Virus record (IMG/VR): IMGVR_UViG_3300032132_000754
Coordinates: 121,178 to 185,177 of that record
Length of the DNA: 64,000 nt
Source of the DNA: a virus
Direction: 5' to 3' (one strand)
The notes beneath the pieces were generated by a model. The model worked only from the letters and a program-made list of their open reading frames with translations. It made no database searches and was not told where the DNA came from. The position numbers were made by a program, and so were the translations under genes. Positions 1-9,309 of the stretch are shown in pieces (position 1 is the stretch's first letter; every line of letters starts with the position of its first letter).

Positions 1-483
1 AACATCATTTAAGTAGATAATTACAGCCAATTCTCTATTGCTTGAGCCGATGGAATTGCGGTCAACGTGTGGCTTAAAACCATCTTGGCCATTATTTAAG
101 TAATACTGTATCTGAAAACCCGTGTTTTCGAGTCCAGAATCTGCGCATACGTAGTAAAGCGGCACAACATGTTGAACATAAAGAGGTCCAGTTTTACCAA
201 TAGCTTCTTTAAATGCTGTAGCTATTTTAATCCATCTAGGATCTTTGGCTACTTCACTACAAACATCCAGGTCTAGCGATGACTTTGAACCTTTGTTTAC
301 AGAGCCTGTTGCGTAGTTTGTTCCAGTCATTCCTTCGAATTTGTTTGGAGAATCCATAAATAAAGCATATGCTTCTCTACATATTTCTTCAGAAACAACA
401 TTGCGGTATTCTTTAATAAAAGTTTCGCCCACAGTTGGCCAATCCATAGTTGGCTCTGGAATTGTATAATTTACAACGCCCAT
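1..483 (-). CDS. 2OG-Fe(II) oxygenase (prolyl-hydroxylase-like), runs off the window edge
   Basis: Not in the ORF track. Manual translation from ATG 483 gives MGVVNYTIPEPT...FQIQYY...FKPHVD...RELAVIIYLNDV, with the HxD and IYLND motifs; TAATG overlap with the upstream gene. Confidence 0.8.
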   Translation of the reverse strand, partial: MGVVNYTIPEPTMDWPTVGETFIKEYRNVVSEEICREAYALFMDSPNKFEGMTGTNYATGSVNKGSKSSLDLDVCSEVAKDPRWIKIATAFKEAIGKTGPLYVQHVVPLYYVCADSGLENTGFQIQYYLNNGQDGFKPHVDRNSIGSSNRELAVIIYLNDV

Positions 484-1049
484 TAAGTTCCCCTAATACA
501 AACTAACGCTACATGGGCTATAGGGATCATGACGCAAATACGACCTTTTAATCCCATGACTGGAACAGTCAAATTAATTTGCTCGGTTTCTCCAGAAGTG
601 AAAGTCAACGTTCTTGGCGAAGGTGTGTCCAACATCGGAGCACCATCGTAGTCTTGCAATTCTACTTCTAAACCGTCTGGTGCCTCAGCACAAGTCAATT
701 TATATGTCACTGTTGCGTCAGCAGTTTTATCTAAATCAGCCATATGTGGAACAGGGGTTCCATCGACAACAGCTGTTAAGACATATTTTAATTGCAATCC
801 TGTTCCTGACCAGAAATAGTCTTCGATATGTAGTACAGCACAATCACAAGTATAGTCGTAAGCAAGACAATCACAGTCATATGGAATACATTCCACAAAC
901 CCGTCGTCATTTATAAAAGCATCGCGCAATTCTTGCATGCTTTGATCTGGCACGTCTGGGTCGGACAAATCTTTACCAATCCAAGCACCAGGGTGGTCTA
1001 AAGAAGCTCCAAGCCTACCCGTTAGATCATACCAAATGTAATGTCTCAT
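483..1049 (-). CDS. Hypothetical protein, possible fibre-associated or assembly protein
   Basis: 188 aa, acidic, Cys cluster CIPYDCDC...CDC; directly downstream of the collagen-like pair. Confidence 0.55.
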   Translation of the reverse strand: MRHYIWYDLTGRLGASLDHPGAWIGKDLSDPDVPDQSMQELRDAFINDDGFVECIPYDCDCLAYDYTCDCAVLHIEDYFWSGTGLQLKYVLTAVVDGTPVPHMADLDKTADATVTYKLTCAEAPDGLEVELQDYDGAPMLDTPSPRTLTFTSGETEQINLTVPVMGLKGRICVMIPIAHVALVCIRGT

Positions 1050-1051
1050 AT

Positions 1052-1543
1052 TTATCCTGCAGCTTCAAAGCTTACACCAGCTTGGCCATTTACCGCACCG
1101 CCCCAGTAAACAACTCTCACAGTCACTGTATTACTACCTACGCCCTGCACATTGTTCACACTTGTTCCGGCAGTATCAGGCTGTGTATTACGTTGACTCG
1201 ATGCTCCAGCGGCCATTCTCCAAACAAAACCTGGACCAAAATTGAATGAAACAACATTAGGCCCGCCAGTATTAATAGTACCAGTGGCACTGCCAGCATT
1301 AAATGAATTAAATCCTGCCCCTTGCGCGCCTGTATTGCCCTGGTTGCCTTGATTGCCTTGGCCACCTTGTGCTCCCTGTGGACCTTGTGCTCCCTGTGGG
1401 CCTACAGCGGAAACTGTAACCTGGCCAGGAGCAGTTTGAGACACACCGCCAGACGGAAACTCTAAAGATCTTAAATTAGTAGTGTTCTGAGGAACACCAC
1501 CGATGGTGATTTGTCCAATACTTGGTGGGAATGATCTTGGCAT
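1052..1543 (-). CDS. Short collagen-like virion protein, copy 2
   Basis: Gly-X-Y run GPQGAQGPQGAQGGQGNQGNQGNTGAQG followed by a beta-rich C-terminal domain. Confidence 0.75.
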   Translation of the reverse strand: MPRSFPPSIGQITIGGVPQNTTNLRSLEFPSGGVSQTAPGQVTVSAVGPQGAQGPQGAQGGQGNQGNQGNTGAQGAGFNSFNAGSATGTINTGGPNVVSFNFGPGFVWRMAAGASSQRNTQPDTAGTSVNNVQGVGSNTVTVRVVYWGGAVNGQAGVSFEAAG

Positions 1544-1546
1544 AAC

Positions 1547-1555
1547 TTATTTTTG
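1547..1555 (-). promoter_or_regulatory. Class L (putative late) motif CAAAAATAA
   Basis: YAAANRTAR-NNN-ATG pattern recurring upstream of several genes with 3-nt spacing. Confidence 0.55.
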
Positions 1556-1558
1556 TAC

Positions 1559-2050
1559 TTATCCTGAAGCTTCGAAATTTACACCAGCTTGGCCATTTAC
1601 AAAACCACCAAGGTAAACAACTCTAACAGTTACTGTGCTAGTACCAACGCCCTGGACATTTTGCACGCTTGTTCCGGCAGTATCAGGCTGTGTATTGCGC
1701 TGGCTGGATGCGCCATGTGCCATCCTCCATATAAAACCTGTACCGAAGTTGAATGAAACAATATTAGGGCCGCCAGTATTAATTGTGCCAACGCCACTGC
1801 CAGCTGTAAATGATGAGTATCCTGCACCGACTAATCCTGTATTGCCTGCATTTCCTTGGTTGCCTTGGTTGCCTTGTGCTCCCTGTGGTCCCTGTGCCCC
1901 TTGAGCACCTGGAACTGAAACAGTAACCTGACCAGGAGCAGTTTGAGACACACCGCCAGACGGAAACTCTAAAGATCTAATGTTAGTATTGTTCTGTGGA
2001 ACACCACCGATAGTTATTTGTCCAATACTTGGTGGGAATGATCTTGGCAT
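1559..2050 (-). CDS. Short collagen-like virion protein, copy 1
   Basis: Gly-X-Y run GAQGAQGPQGAQGNQGNQGNAGNTG; same length as and highly similar to 1052..1543. Confidence 0.75.
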   Translation of the reverse strand: MPRSFPPSIGQITIGGVPQNNTNIRSLEFPSGGVSQTAPGQVTVSVPGAQGAQGPQGAQGNQGNQGNAGNTGLVGAGYSSFTAGSGVGTINTGGPNIVSFNFGTGFIWRMAHGASSQRNTQPDTAGTSVQNVQGVGTSTVTVRVVYLGGFVNGQAGVNFEASG

Positions 2051-2053
2051 AGC

Positions 2054-2062
2054 TTATTTTTG
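2054..2062 (-). promoter_or_regulatory. Class L (putative late) motif CAAAAATAA
   Basis: 3 nt upstream of ATG 2050; back-to-back with a class M GTA motif at 2068 serving nucS. Confidence 0.55.
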
Positions 2063-2080
2063 TACTAGTAGATATTCCAA

Positions 2081-2719
2081 ATGAATATTAGAGTCGAACA
2101 ATCTTTTGTCTTATATGCTCATTGTGAAGTGCACTATGAAGGTCGTGCTAGGTCTTACTTAAACCCAGGAAATTACTTGATCACTCATAAGAATGACGGA
2201 ACTCTGAAAATAGATGGTGGGTCGTTGTGTAATCCGTTAAACTATCAACCGCCTGGAGCAATCCTATATAAGCAAGGCAATCACTTGCTATCGATTAGAA
2301 AAGGCGAGAAGATCCTAATAAAGATTTTCGACATTCATTATTATCAAGAACTTAAAGAATGGTCTACTAACAAAATCGAGATTACTAAAACCGAAGCACA
2401 ATTAAGAGACAAATTGATGGAAAATGTCGAAGACGTTCTTGGCATTAAAGCTAGAGAAATTTTCAAAGAGTTCAAGACACCAGTCGGGCTAGTCGATCTT
2501 CTTGTGATCGACGAATACGACACTTATCATGTCATTGAAGTTAAACGCGGGAAAGCCAACCTAGCAACTTGTAGTCAATTAGAACGTTACGCTTATTACT
2601 TCATCTCAATTATGAAAAATGTTAGAGACTACATAGCTAGTCCAGATATTAGCGATAACGCACTCAGATTTTCTAAAGAAAACTTCCAAAGTTATCTAAA
2701 AGTCGAACATGTGTCGTAG
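2081..2719 (+). CDS. nucS: Endonuclease NucS/EndoMS family
   Basis: N-terminal CEVHYEGRA...KNDGTL..D...PLNYQPPG and C-terminal PD-(D/E)xK core GLVDLL..D...VIEVKR...QLERY. Confidence 0.85.
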   Translation: MNIRVEQSFVLYAHCEVHYEGRARSYLNPGNYLITHKNDGTLKIDGGSLCNPLNYQPPGAILYKQGNHLLSIRKGEKILIKIFDIHYYQELKEWSTNKIEITKTEAQLRDKLMENVEDVLGIKAREIFKEFKTPVGLVDLLVIDEYDTYHVIEVKRGKANLATCSQLERYAYYFISIMKNVRDYIASPDISDNALRFSKENFQSYLKVEHVS

Positions 2720-2727
2720 GAAACAAA

Positions 2728-3030
2728 ATGAACGAAAAAATTAAACAATTACTAACGCAATATGACGATGAACTTTCAAAAATGAGAGTTAAACCAAGAA
2801 TCGTTAAAGATTATTGCGGCGATATTGGCGTTAAAGGTCTTCAAGACGACATGAATCAGATGGCGCATCTTCGTTATATGATGTCTCAAATGTTAGATGA
2901 TGAAGAAACTGAATGGAGCGATACAAAGACTAATCGTTGGCTCGGATTTGTTCAAGGCGTGCTCTGGTGCAACAAATTAAGAGGAATCTTAGAATTACGC
3001 GATGAAAGCCGTAATCTTTACGAAGAATAG
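2728..3030 (+). CDS. Hypothetical phage protein
   Basis: 100 aa with KTNRWLGFVQGVLW motif; AGGA Shine-Dalgarno (SD) upstream. Confidence 0.65.
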   Translation: MNEKIKQLLTQYDDELSKMRVKPRIVKDYCGDIGVKGLQDDMNQMAHLRYMMSQMLDDEETEWSDTKTNRWLGFVQGVLWCNKLRGILELRDESRNLYEE

Positions 3031-3042
3031 TATTTAAACGTT

Positions 3043-3537
3043 ATGAACAAGCCAAAGTACCGTAAATGCCCAAAATGTGGCAAGAAGATGGCCCTACGAA
3101 AGTCCCACACTAAAGGGACCAAATTCTGGGGCTGCATGGCATTCCGAGATGACGGATGCGATGGTACCGCTCCATATCACGGCACAGGAGCCAGAGCAGG
3201 GCTGGACTTAGATATTCGAGAGATTGAAAACGGATATATCGTAACCCCGTCTCGAAAATATTGCGACAATGTTGAGGATGAAGAATCCCCAGAAAGTTAT
3301 TGTGGCACCAAAGAAGAACTGCAAGTTTTTCTAGAGACTTTCCTTAAAGACCAGATCAGTTCGCTTCTTGAACAGATTGAAACTTCTACAGAATTTGTAG
3401 ATGAAATTGATGAGCAAATCGTCAAAGACGTTAAGGTAAAAGTGAAACGCCAGGGAACAGCCAAAGGCGATGTCAGCGCATTGTTAGCGAAGATGGCAGC
3501 AGCCAAAAAGAAAGCTGAAGCTGGGCAAGAAGCTTAA
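3043..3537 (+). CDS. Protein with topoisomerase-type C4 zinc ribbon
   Basis: CPKCGKKMALR...KFWGC...C at the N-terminus; GTA motif 13 nt upstream. Confidence 0.65.
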   Translation: MNKPKYRKCPKCGKKMALRKSHTKGTKFWGCMAFRDDGCDGTAPYHGTGARAGLDLDIREIENGYIVTPSRKYCDNVEDEESPESYCGTKEELQVFLETFLKDQISSLLEQIETSTEFVDEIDEQIVKDVKVKVKRQGTAKGDVSALLAKMAAAKKKAEAGQEA

Positions 3538-4100
3538 GCCAATCGAACCCAAACATCCGCATGACAGATAGGAGATTCACTTCCAGTAGCGCTAATATAT
3601 CGGAACCCAATCAAATTTCCAGCCGAAAATGCTACTGGTGGACTTATAGTAAACGGACTGGTAAGAGGGAACCCGGCACTGTCGACCGCTAATGGTGCAC
3701 CAATAACAGTGCCGTTCACAGTAACTTCATAAGTAGTAACACCGATTGCGCCGTCGTTGTTTATAATGACAAATTCAATTTGCCCATCTACTGGAACAGT
3801 ATATCCCAGTGTTGGGAATGTACCTAGAGGGATAGCTGGCAAAATATCTATAGGCCCAGGGCCTGAAATACTAGTATCTGAAAAAGTAAGTTTAGTTAAA
3901 CCGCTGGTTCCTGTGATTCCTAAATGGTCTTCTGAGCTATGGGCTGTCGCGTCGAATGCTTCTGCTGCAGGCACCCCTGTAAATCCAGCATGGTCTATTC
4001 CAGAGTGAGCCGCCGTCGTAAGATCGCCAACGCCGGGAATCCCAGTGTGGCTAACTCCAGAGTGAGCATTAGTATTAAATGGGTTTCGTCCTTGATACAT
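3534..4100 (-). CDS. Putative virion structural protein
   Basis: Repeated AHSG.xH.G..GV units and a beta-rich C-terminus; ATG 4100 overlaps the upstream stop. Confidence 0.55.
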   Translation of the reverse strand: MYQGRNPFNTNAHSGVSHTGIPGVGDLTTAAHSGIDHAGFTGVPAAEAFDATAHSSEDHLGITGTSGLTKLTFSDTSISGPGPIDILPAIPLGTFPTLGYTVPVDGQIEFVIINNDGAIGVTTYEVTVNGTVIGAPLAVDSAGFPLTSPFTISPPVAFSAGNLIGFRYISATGSESPICHADVWVRLA

Positions 4101-6625
4101 TAGAAGATTCTCCATCCGCCAAACGCGAACATTAACACAAAAGCTTGTTCATCGATATTTACGACAAATTGACTAGTAATGTCCCCATCAATCGCATTGC
4201 CGTTACCATCGACCATAACATTATTTGTCGAAGCGTTCATGTCTTCGTCTTTAAACCAAATACGATCCCCTTCAACCGGGGTTGGAGGCAATGTCACAGT
4301 AAAGCTTGGGTTAGAAGTTTGTAATCCCACATAACGATCAGTGGTTTGTGCCAAAGTCGTATTAGAAGAAACTTGTGTTAATAACGGCGAACTACTAATT
4401 CCAGTTTGACCAGTAGCTCCATCTGGACCAGTAGCTCCATCTGGACCAGTAGGTCCGGTTAAGACTCCGCCGCCTGGGCCGATAGTGCTTGGATTGAACC
4501 CAAAAACATAAACGTCAAAATCAGCAACAGATCCAACCAATAACTCCTGAGCAACATCTAGAGTTAAATTGTCAGCACAGATACTCTTGTCTTTTAAGGT
4601 TAGAGAGAAAACGTCCCCGGTTGTGAAAAATCCAGGCAGTGTTTTAGTAAAAACAATATTGTCTAATCCAGTATCATCGCTGGTTCCTAGACTAATAGAC
4701 ATTGGTGCGCCGCTGGCATCGCCGTTTGTCATTTTCAAAACAACCCTAGCGATTATGTGGTCATTGCCGGAATCTAAGAAAACTTGTGTAGAGCCGGGAG
4801 TTAAACCATCAAGGCCAACTGCGCTACTCAACATAGTTTCGGCACTATTAACTAAAGATATGCCAGTTAAACCAGTTGCTCCGATTGGGCCGGTGGGTCC
4901 TGTAGCCCCTGGAGCTACAGATGAACCACTTGTGATTTCATCCGGATCAAATCCGAAAATATAAACATCAAAAGTGCCAGGGTCAGTACCGCCGAAAGCT
5001 TCGTCGATTTCCAGGATTAAATTATCTGTGACGCAAACGCTCTTGTCTTGCAAGACTAATTGATAAACGTCGTCTGTGTTTTTAAAACCGGAAAGTACTT
5101 GATTTGTTACAACGTTATCGAGCCCGGTATCGCCAAGCACGCCGATATTAATTTTTAGAGACGAAGCTCCGATATCAACACTGCCACTAGTCATCTTGAA
5201 AAGAAGGCGAGTAACAACTTTAGCCCCACTTGTTCCAATGCTTAGGATCGAATTGACCCCACCTATTGTTCCATCAATAGAAATCGGAGGCGTTAGTAAA
5301 ATATCAGAGTTTGCTAACCCTGTGCCAACGTCGCCGGTTGGACCAACGTCGCCTGTGGGGCCAGTTGAGCCAATGTCGCCGGTCGGGCCAGTAGAACCAG
5401 TAACGCCGTCAGGGCCAGTCGGGCCGGTAGCTCCAATTGTAGAATCACTATCAATAGCGAATACAGCGATTAATTCGTCGTCGGCCATCAGCGGAGCAGC
5501 AGAGCCCGTTCCTGTAGGACCTGTTGGTTGCCAAATGATTTGTTGGAAATTCGGCCCGGTTAGTTGATAATCTCGGCCAACACCCTGAACCTGGAACATC
5601 TTGTTTTGGAACAATCGGACAGCAGTAGGATTGTTGATTTGAGCTGTAATTGTATCGCTAAGAATCGTATCACCGTCTGATAGAGTGACTTCTTCAGGAA
5701 CAAGTTCTTGTTGGATTGGAACGATCGGCAAAATGGCTGAATCTTCGATATAAACCGCGACAAGCTTGTCTTCTGGATCTAATTCTACGCCATGGTTATC
5801 GATCAACCAAACGATTTGATTGTTTTCTGGGCCAGTTAGCGAATAATCTACACCCTGCTCTAAGAACAATCTGTTCAAGAACAAACGGAAAGCTTGTGGG
5901 TTGGCTACTTGGAAGGTAACCGACCCAATATTTGTATTTCCGTCACTAGGGCCGACTCCACCAGTTGGGATAGCGACTTGCTCTTGATGAGGAATGGTGA
6001 AAAGATCGCCAGACGGACCAGTAGGCCCGTCAACGCCCGTTAGACCAGTGGCCCCAGTGGCCCCAGTCATGCCATTTGGTCCGGTTGGCCCAGTATTTCC
6101 TAGAGCACCGAATGTGCCAATGTAACGGTAGACGGTGATTTTGAGAGGAGTTAATAGACCTAGATCGGATGGTGTAAAACCTTCATCGAACCTAACAATG
6201 CCGTTCTTACTATCAACTTGATAGCGTCCATCTGTTAGGTTGATTACAGTGTTATCGTTTTCGAACAGCGTAAAGAAGTAACCAGCACCGAAAATCTGTG
6301 GAGTAATCCATTCTCGTAGTTGCGGGGTAGTTGGGTTTCCTGGAGTCTGATAAAGAGTCCAAGCTTGCCCGTTAGATAGCGGAACTTCAGTTAGGACTGA
6401 CAGGGTTAGTTTGTCTACTACTGGGTCTGTAGCGGCTGCTGCGGCATCGGCTGCTCCTGGCGTTGCAGCGGCTGGGACTGGCTCGGCATAAATATCAGTT
6501 AGACGAACCGTAGGCAGCCACGGTAAGCCTTCCTCGAAGTAATTCTTGTTTGTATTGGTAGATGCTACACCTAGAGATAGCTTATTTGCAATATCTAGTG
6601 TTGCTTCGTCGCCAAGCTTAGCCAT
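4100..6625 (-). CDS. Collagen-like (GPT/GAT) tail or capsid fibre protein
   Basis: Several GPT/GAT Gly-X-Y tracts separating duplicated globular domains; C-terminal TVTLP...GDRIWFKD...NGNAIDG fibre-type domain. Confidence 0.7.
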   Translation of the reverse strand: MAKLGDEATLDIANKLSLGVASTNTNKNYFEEGLPWLPTVRLTDIYAEPVPAAATPGAADAAAAATDPVVDKLTLSVLTEVPLSNGQAWTLYQTPGNPTTPQLREWITPQIFGAGYFFTLFENDNTVINLTDGRYQVDSKNGIVRFDEGFTPSDLGLLTPLKITVYRYIGTFGALGNTGPTGPNGMTGATGATGLTGVDGPTGPSGDLFTIPHQEQVAIPTGGVGPSDGNTNIGSVTFQVANPQAFRLFLNRLFLEQGVDYSLTGPENNQIVWLIDNHGVELDPEDKLVAVYIEDSAILPIVPIQQELVPEEVTLSDGDTILSDTITAQINNPTAVRLFQNKMFQVQGVGRDYQLTGPNFQQIIWQPTGPTGTGSAAPLMADDELIAVFAIDSDSTIGATGPTGPDGVTGSTGPTGDIGSTGPTGDVGPTGDVGTGLANSDILLTPPISIDGTIGGVNSILSIGTSGAKVVTRLLFKMTSGSVDIGASSLKINIGVLGDTGLDNVVTNQVLSGFKNTDDVYQLVLQDKSVCVTDNLILEIDEAFGGTDPGTFDVYIFGFDPDEITSGSSVAPGATGPTGPIGATGLTGISLVNSAETMLSSAVGLDGLTPGSTQVFLDSGNDHIIARVVLKMTNGDASGAPMSISLGTSDDTGLDNIVFTKTLPGFFTTGDVFSLTLKDKSICADNLTLDVAQELLVGSVADFDVYVFGFNPSTIGPGGGVLTGPTGPDGATGPDGATGQTGISSSPLLTQVSSNTTLAQTTDRYVGLQTSNPSFTVTLPPTPVEGDRIWFKDEDMNASTNNVMVDGNGNAIDGDITSQFVVNIDEQAFVLMFAFGGWRIF

Positions 6626-6628
6626 ATG

Positions 6629-6898
6629 TTATACACCCATCAACTGAATTCGAAGTTCGACTAGTTTTCGTTCATTAACGTAATAAACTTGTGAACAGCG
6701 ATCAGAGACCTGAAGTTTCAGTTTGAAAGTTCCACCACTTCTAGATATATGTTCGTTGTCAGACCCATCTAGAGCTGCTTCGACACAGCTAAGCAGATCA
6801 GCGCACTCTGAAGCAGATAATTGATGCACAGACTCACCTCGGCTGTCTCCAGCTTTCAGAAAAATCTCGTTACCTTGTCGTTCTGCTACAAATTTCAT
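6629..6898 (-). CDS. Hypothetical protein
   Basis: 89-aa ORF tightly packed in the structural operon. Confidence 0.5.
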   Translation of the reverse strand: MKFVAERQGNEIFLKAGDSRGESVHQLSASECADLLSCVEAALDGSDNEHISRSGGTFKLKLQVSDRCSQVYYVNERKLVELRIQLMGV

Positions 6899-6901
6899 AT
6901 T

Positions 6902-9145
6902 TTACCAGTTTATTGACAATCCTGACCCTGTGCCTACAATTTCCGTAGCCGCCGCATCAGCATACGTAATTTCGACAATGATTTGAAAATCAGATCCCGC
7001 ATCAGTACCAATAGCGCCGAGACTAAATTCAATAGCACCATTAATACTAGGACTATTAACACCAGAATTGATCCGACAACCTTCACCATCAGCGCCACCA
7101 ATCAGAGGAGCACCTGTAGGGAAAGTGCCAGCACTAAAAGCAATTAAAGCGTCTAACCACACCGTCTTTCCAGGAACCTTAAGGCGAATAGAAACATCAC
7201 CCGGACCCAAATCAGCGTCAGCAAGACCAGGCAAAGTAATAATTCCATTAGTTTGTGATCCAGTCCCAGATCTGAAAACTCGATAATAAGTCCTGTTACC
7301 AGGGCTCAAACCAGAATAATCCGGGTTTGGCTGTGGTTCAAAAGCAGACGTATAATCTGTTTGAGGATAAGCTAAACGATTAGATGGAACGACTTCGGCG
7401 CGATATACCTGAAGACTGCCCCCAGCTGCCGTGCCAGTAAGGTCATCGGCAGAATTCCAAAGGCTAGGATTTAACGCACCAGGGAGAGCTGTTCCGGCGA
7501 TCGGAGTGTCGAAATCGGTTGAATCAGGTAGACGATAACGTTCGTCCACGAATCTATCTAATGTATCTGTGCTATTTGGGCTTACACTCATAATGGCGAA
7601 ATTACCGCTTGCAGTTGCTAAAGTATAGTTACCATATGGATCTCGTGGAGTAATATCAGCATCTGGTTGGAAAATTTGTACCCCACCGCCTGCCGCAACA
7701 CTAAACGCAGTTACGGCCATCGTTTCACCACGATCTGGTGGAGTCGAAACACCAGCGACTGCTGGGTCTGTAATTGCGATTCCAGTTGTTGCATCTCCAA
7801 AATCGGAAACATCTAAAACATCAGGTATGTTAGTCTGGTGATAAACATTGTTAAATGGGCGTAGCAATGAAAAATCTAGATCGAACGTCGATCCGGCGTC
7901 GTAGTAGGTAATACCGCTTAATTGTTTTGTTACTGGAGTGTTTTCGACAATGGTTTGCCCAGAAACTGCAGGGTTTGTTGGAACCGTAGGCAGGTCGGCA
8001 TCATAAAACCATTCCAACAAGTTACTAGTATTAGTAATACCGGTAACGTGACGCAGTTGTGCTGAATTGTATCCGTCTACCATCCCAGCAGTGTTTAGAG
8101 TGATCCTAGACATGCCTTGTTGGAAAATATCGATTGAAACGACACCTGACGGCGCGACAGTTAGAATTTCCAGGGTACCGCCTACAAAAGTGACGACTCC
8201 GGAAACCATAGGATCACCAGCGCCCGTAGTGTTATAATCAGCGGCTACGTTTTGTCCGGCTACACGGTTTAGTTCTACGAAGTTGGCAGCCAAGTCTAAT
8301 GTGGCTACGTCAACACCGTTAATAGCTAGGATTAAAACTCCTAAACTTGCAGAACCAAATTGAGCTGCATTAGTGTTGAAGATATAAGATGTGTTTTGTG
8401 TGATGTTGTTATATAGGTCGCCTGCGACGGTAGCTGGTGGATAAACTGCAGCGTTCTGTGAAAGACGGCCAGCGACGAGGGCTGGGAGGCCAGCGATGAG
8501 GCTCAAAGCGGGTGGTGGGGCTCCCGCACCTATATACACTACTCCAGGTGCTACTTCGGTAGCTACGTGGTCTTGTCCGACCCCTGAATCAGAAATGAAT
8601 CTAAGCTCTGTGACTTCCGTAGCGATCTGTTCGTTGCCGCCACCTGGAGTATCAGACGCGACAGTGATGCTAGTTAATTCTGGGCTCCATTCGCCGCTAC
8701 GGAAGACAAGTCCTTGCCCGTCCACGGCTCCAGTAGTATCGACATCTAATAGATCGCCAAGATTGGCGGCTACTGCGGCAGGACCCCAAATGGTGCCATC
8801 GAAAGTAAGAACATCTCCAGCGTCTGGAGTTTGTGTACCGTCTGTATCGACATCTGTTAATGCGTTGAGGGTTAGGTCTCCAGGTACCCAATCTGGCCCT
8901 GAGAATTGTAGAACTTGTCCAATGGATGGAGCTGGAGCTACGACATCTCCTAAGTCATTGAGATCATTGTTGGTCTCAATGATTGTTAAACGTTCTTCTA
9001 CTGACCCGCCTGTGAAGTCGTAATTGCCAATTGCGTCCGTTAGACACTCAAGTTGGGTTTCCTGCTTGTTGTGGTCCGCTGCAGGGATGACTTCGCCATT
9101 TTCGCGAATAGTCTTAGAATATGGGAATTGTAGATTGCTGGCCAT
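6902..9145 (-). CDS. Putative virion structural or fibre protein
   Basis: Three L..L.DVD...G.vL.f.g..W.p repeats typical of phage fibres; Gly/Thr/Ala-rich; TAAATATAA motif upstream. Confidence 0.6.
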   Translation of the reverse strand: MASNLQFPYSKTIRENGEVIPAADHNKQETQLECLTDAIGNYDFTGGSVEERLTIIETNNDLNDLGDVVAPAPSIGQVLQFSGPDWVPGDLTLNALTDVDTDGTQTPDAGDVLTFDGTIWGPAAVAANLGDLLDVDTTGAVDGQGLVFRSGEWSPELTSITVASDTPGGGNEQIATEVTELRFISDSGVGQDHVATEVAPGVVYIGAGAPPPALSLIAGLPALVAGRLSQNAAVYPPATVAGDLYNNITQNTSYIFNTNAAQFGSASLGVLILAINGVDVATLDLAANFVELNRVAGQNVAADYNTTGAGDPMVSGVVTFVGGTLEILTVAPSGVVSIDIFQQGMSRITLNTAGMVDGYNSAQLRHVTGITNTSNLLEWFYDADLPTVPTNPAVSGQTIVENTPVTKQLSGITYYDAGSTFDLDFSLLRPFNNVYHQTNIPDVLDVSDFGDATTGIAITDPAVAGVSTPPDRGETMAVTAFSVAAGGGVQIFQPDADITPRDPYGNYTLATASGNFAIMSVSPNSTDTLDRFVDERYRLPDSTDFDTPIAGTALPGALNPSLWNSADDLTGTAAGGSLQVYRAEVVPSNRLAYPQTDYTSAFEPQPNPDYSGLSPGNRTYYRVFRSGTGSQTNGIITLPGLADADLGPGDVSIRLKVPGKTVWLDALIAFSAGTFPTGAPLIGGADGEGCRINSGVNSPSINGAIEFSLGAIGTDAGSDFQIIVEITYADAAATEIVGTGSGLSINW

Positions 9146-9165
9146 TTATACTACCCGTTTTATAT

Positions 9166-9309
9166 TTAACCAGCATTCTGTTCAGCTAAAGTTTCCCCTT
9201 TATAGAACGAATCAGGACGAAAGGCGAGCGGTACTGACTCTACAGGCTCATCTATAGCTGTGCCAAATTTAGTTGTTATAAATTTAGGTTGAACGGTTTG
9301 GGTGCCCAT
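9166..9309 (-). CDS. Small hypothetical protein (47 aa)
   Basis: Manual translation MGTQTVQPKFITTKFGTAIDEPVESVPLAFRPDSFYKGETLAEQNAG fills the apparent intergenic gap. Confidence 0.35.
   Translation of the reverse strand: MGTQTVQPKFITTKFGTAIDEPVESVPLAFRPDSFYKGETLAEQNAG

Larger units (their letters stand above)
1052..2066. repeat. Tandem duplication of an about 507-bp unit (gene plus upstream motif)
   Basis: Both 163-aa genes and the upstream CTTATTTTTGTACT are repeated. Confidence 0.9.

Noticed and set aside
9146-9275. Possible ribozyme or ncRNA in the gap (CAGCTA/TAGCTG pairing, GAAAC)
   Set aside because: No CUGANGA hammerhead core; the gap is explained by a 47-aa ORF
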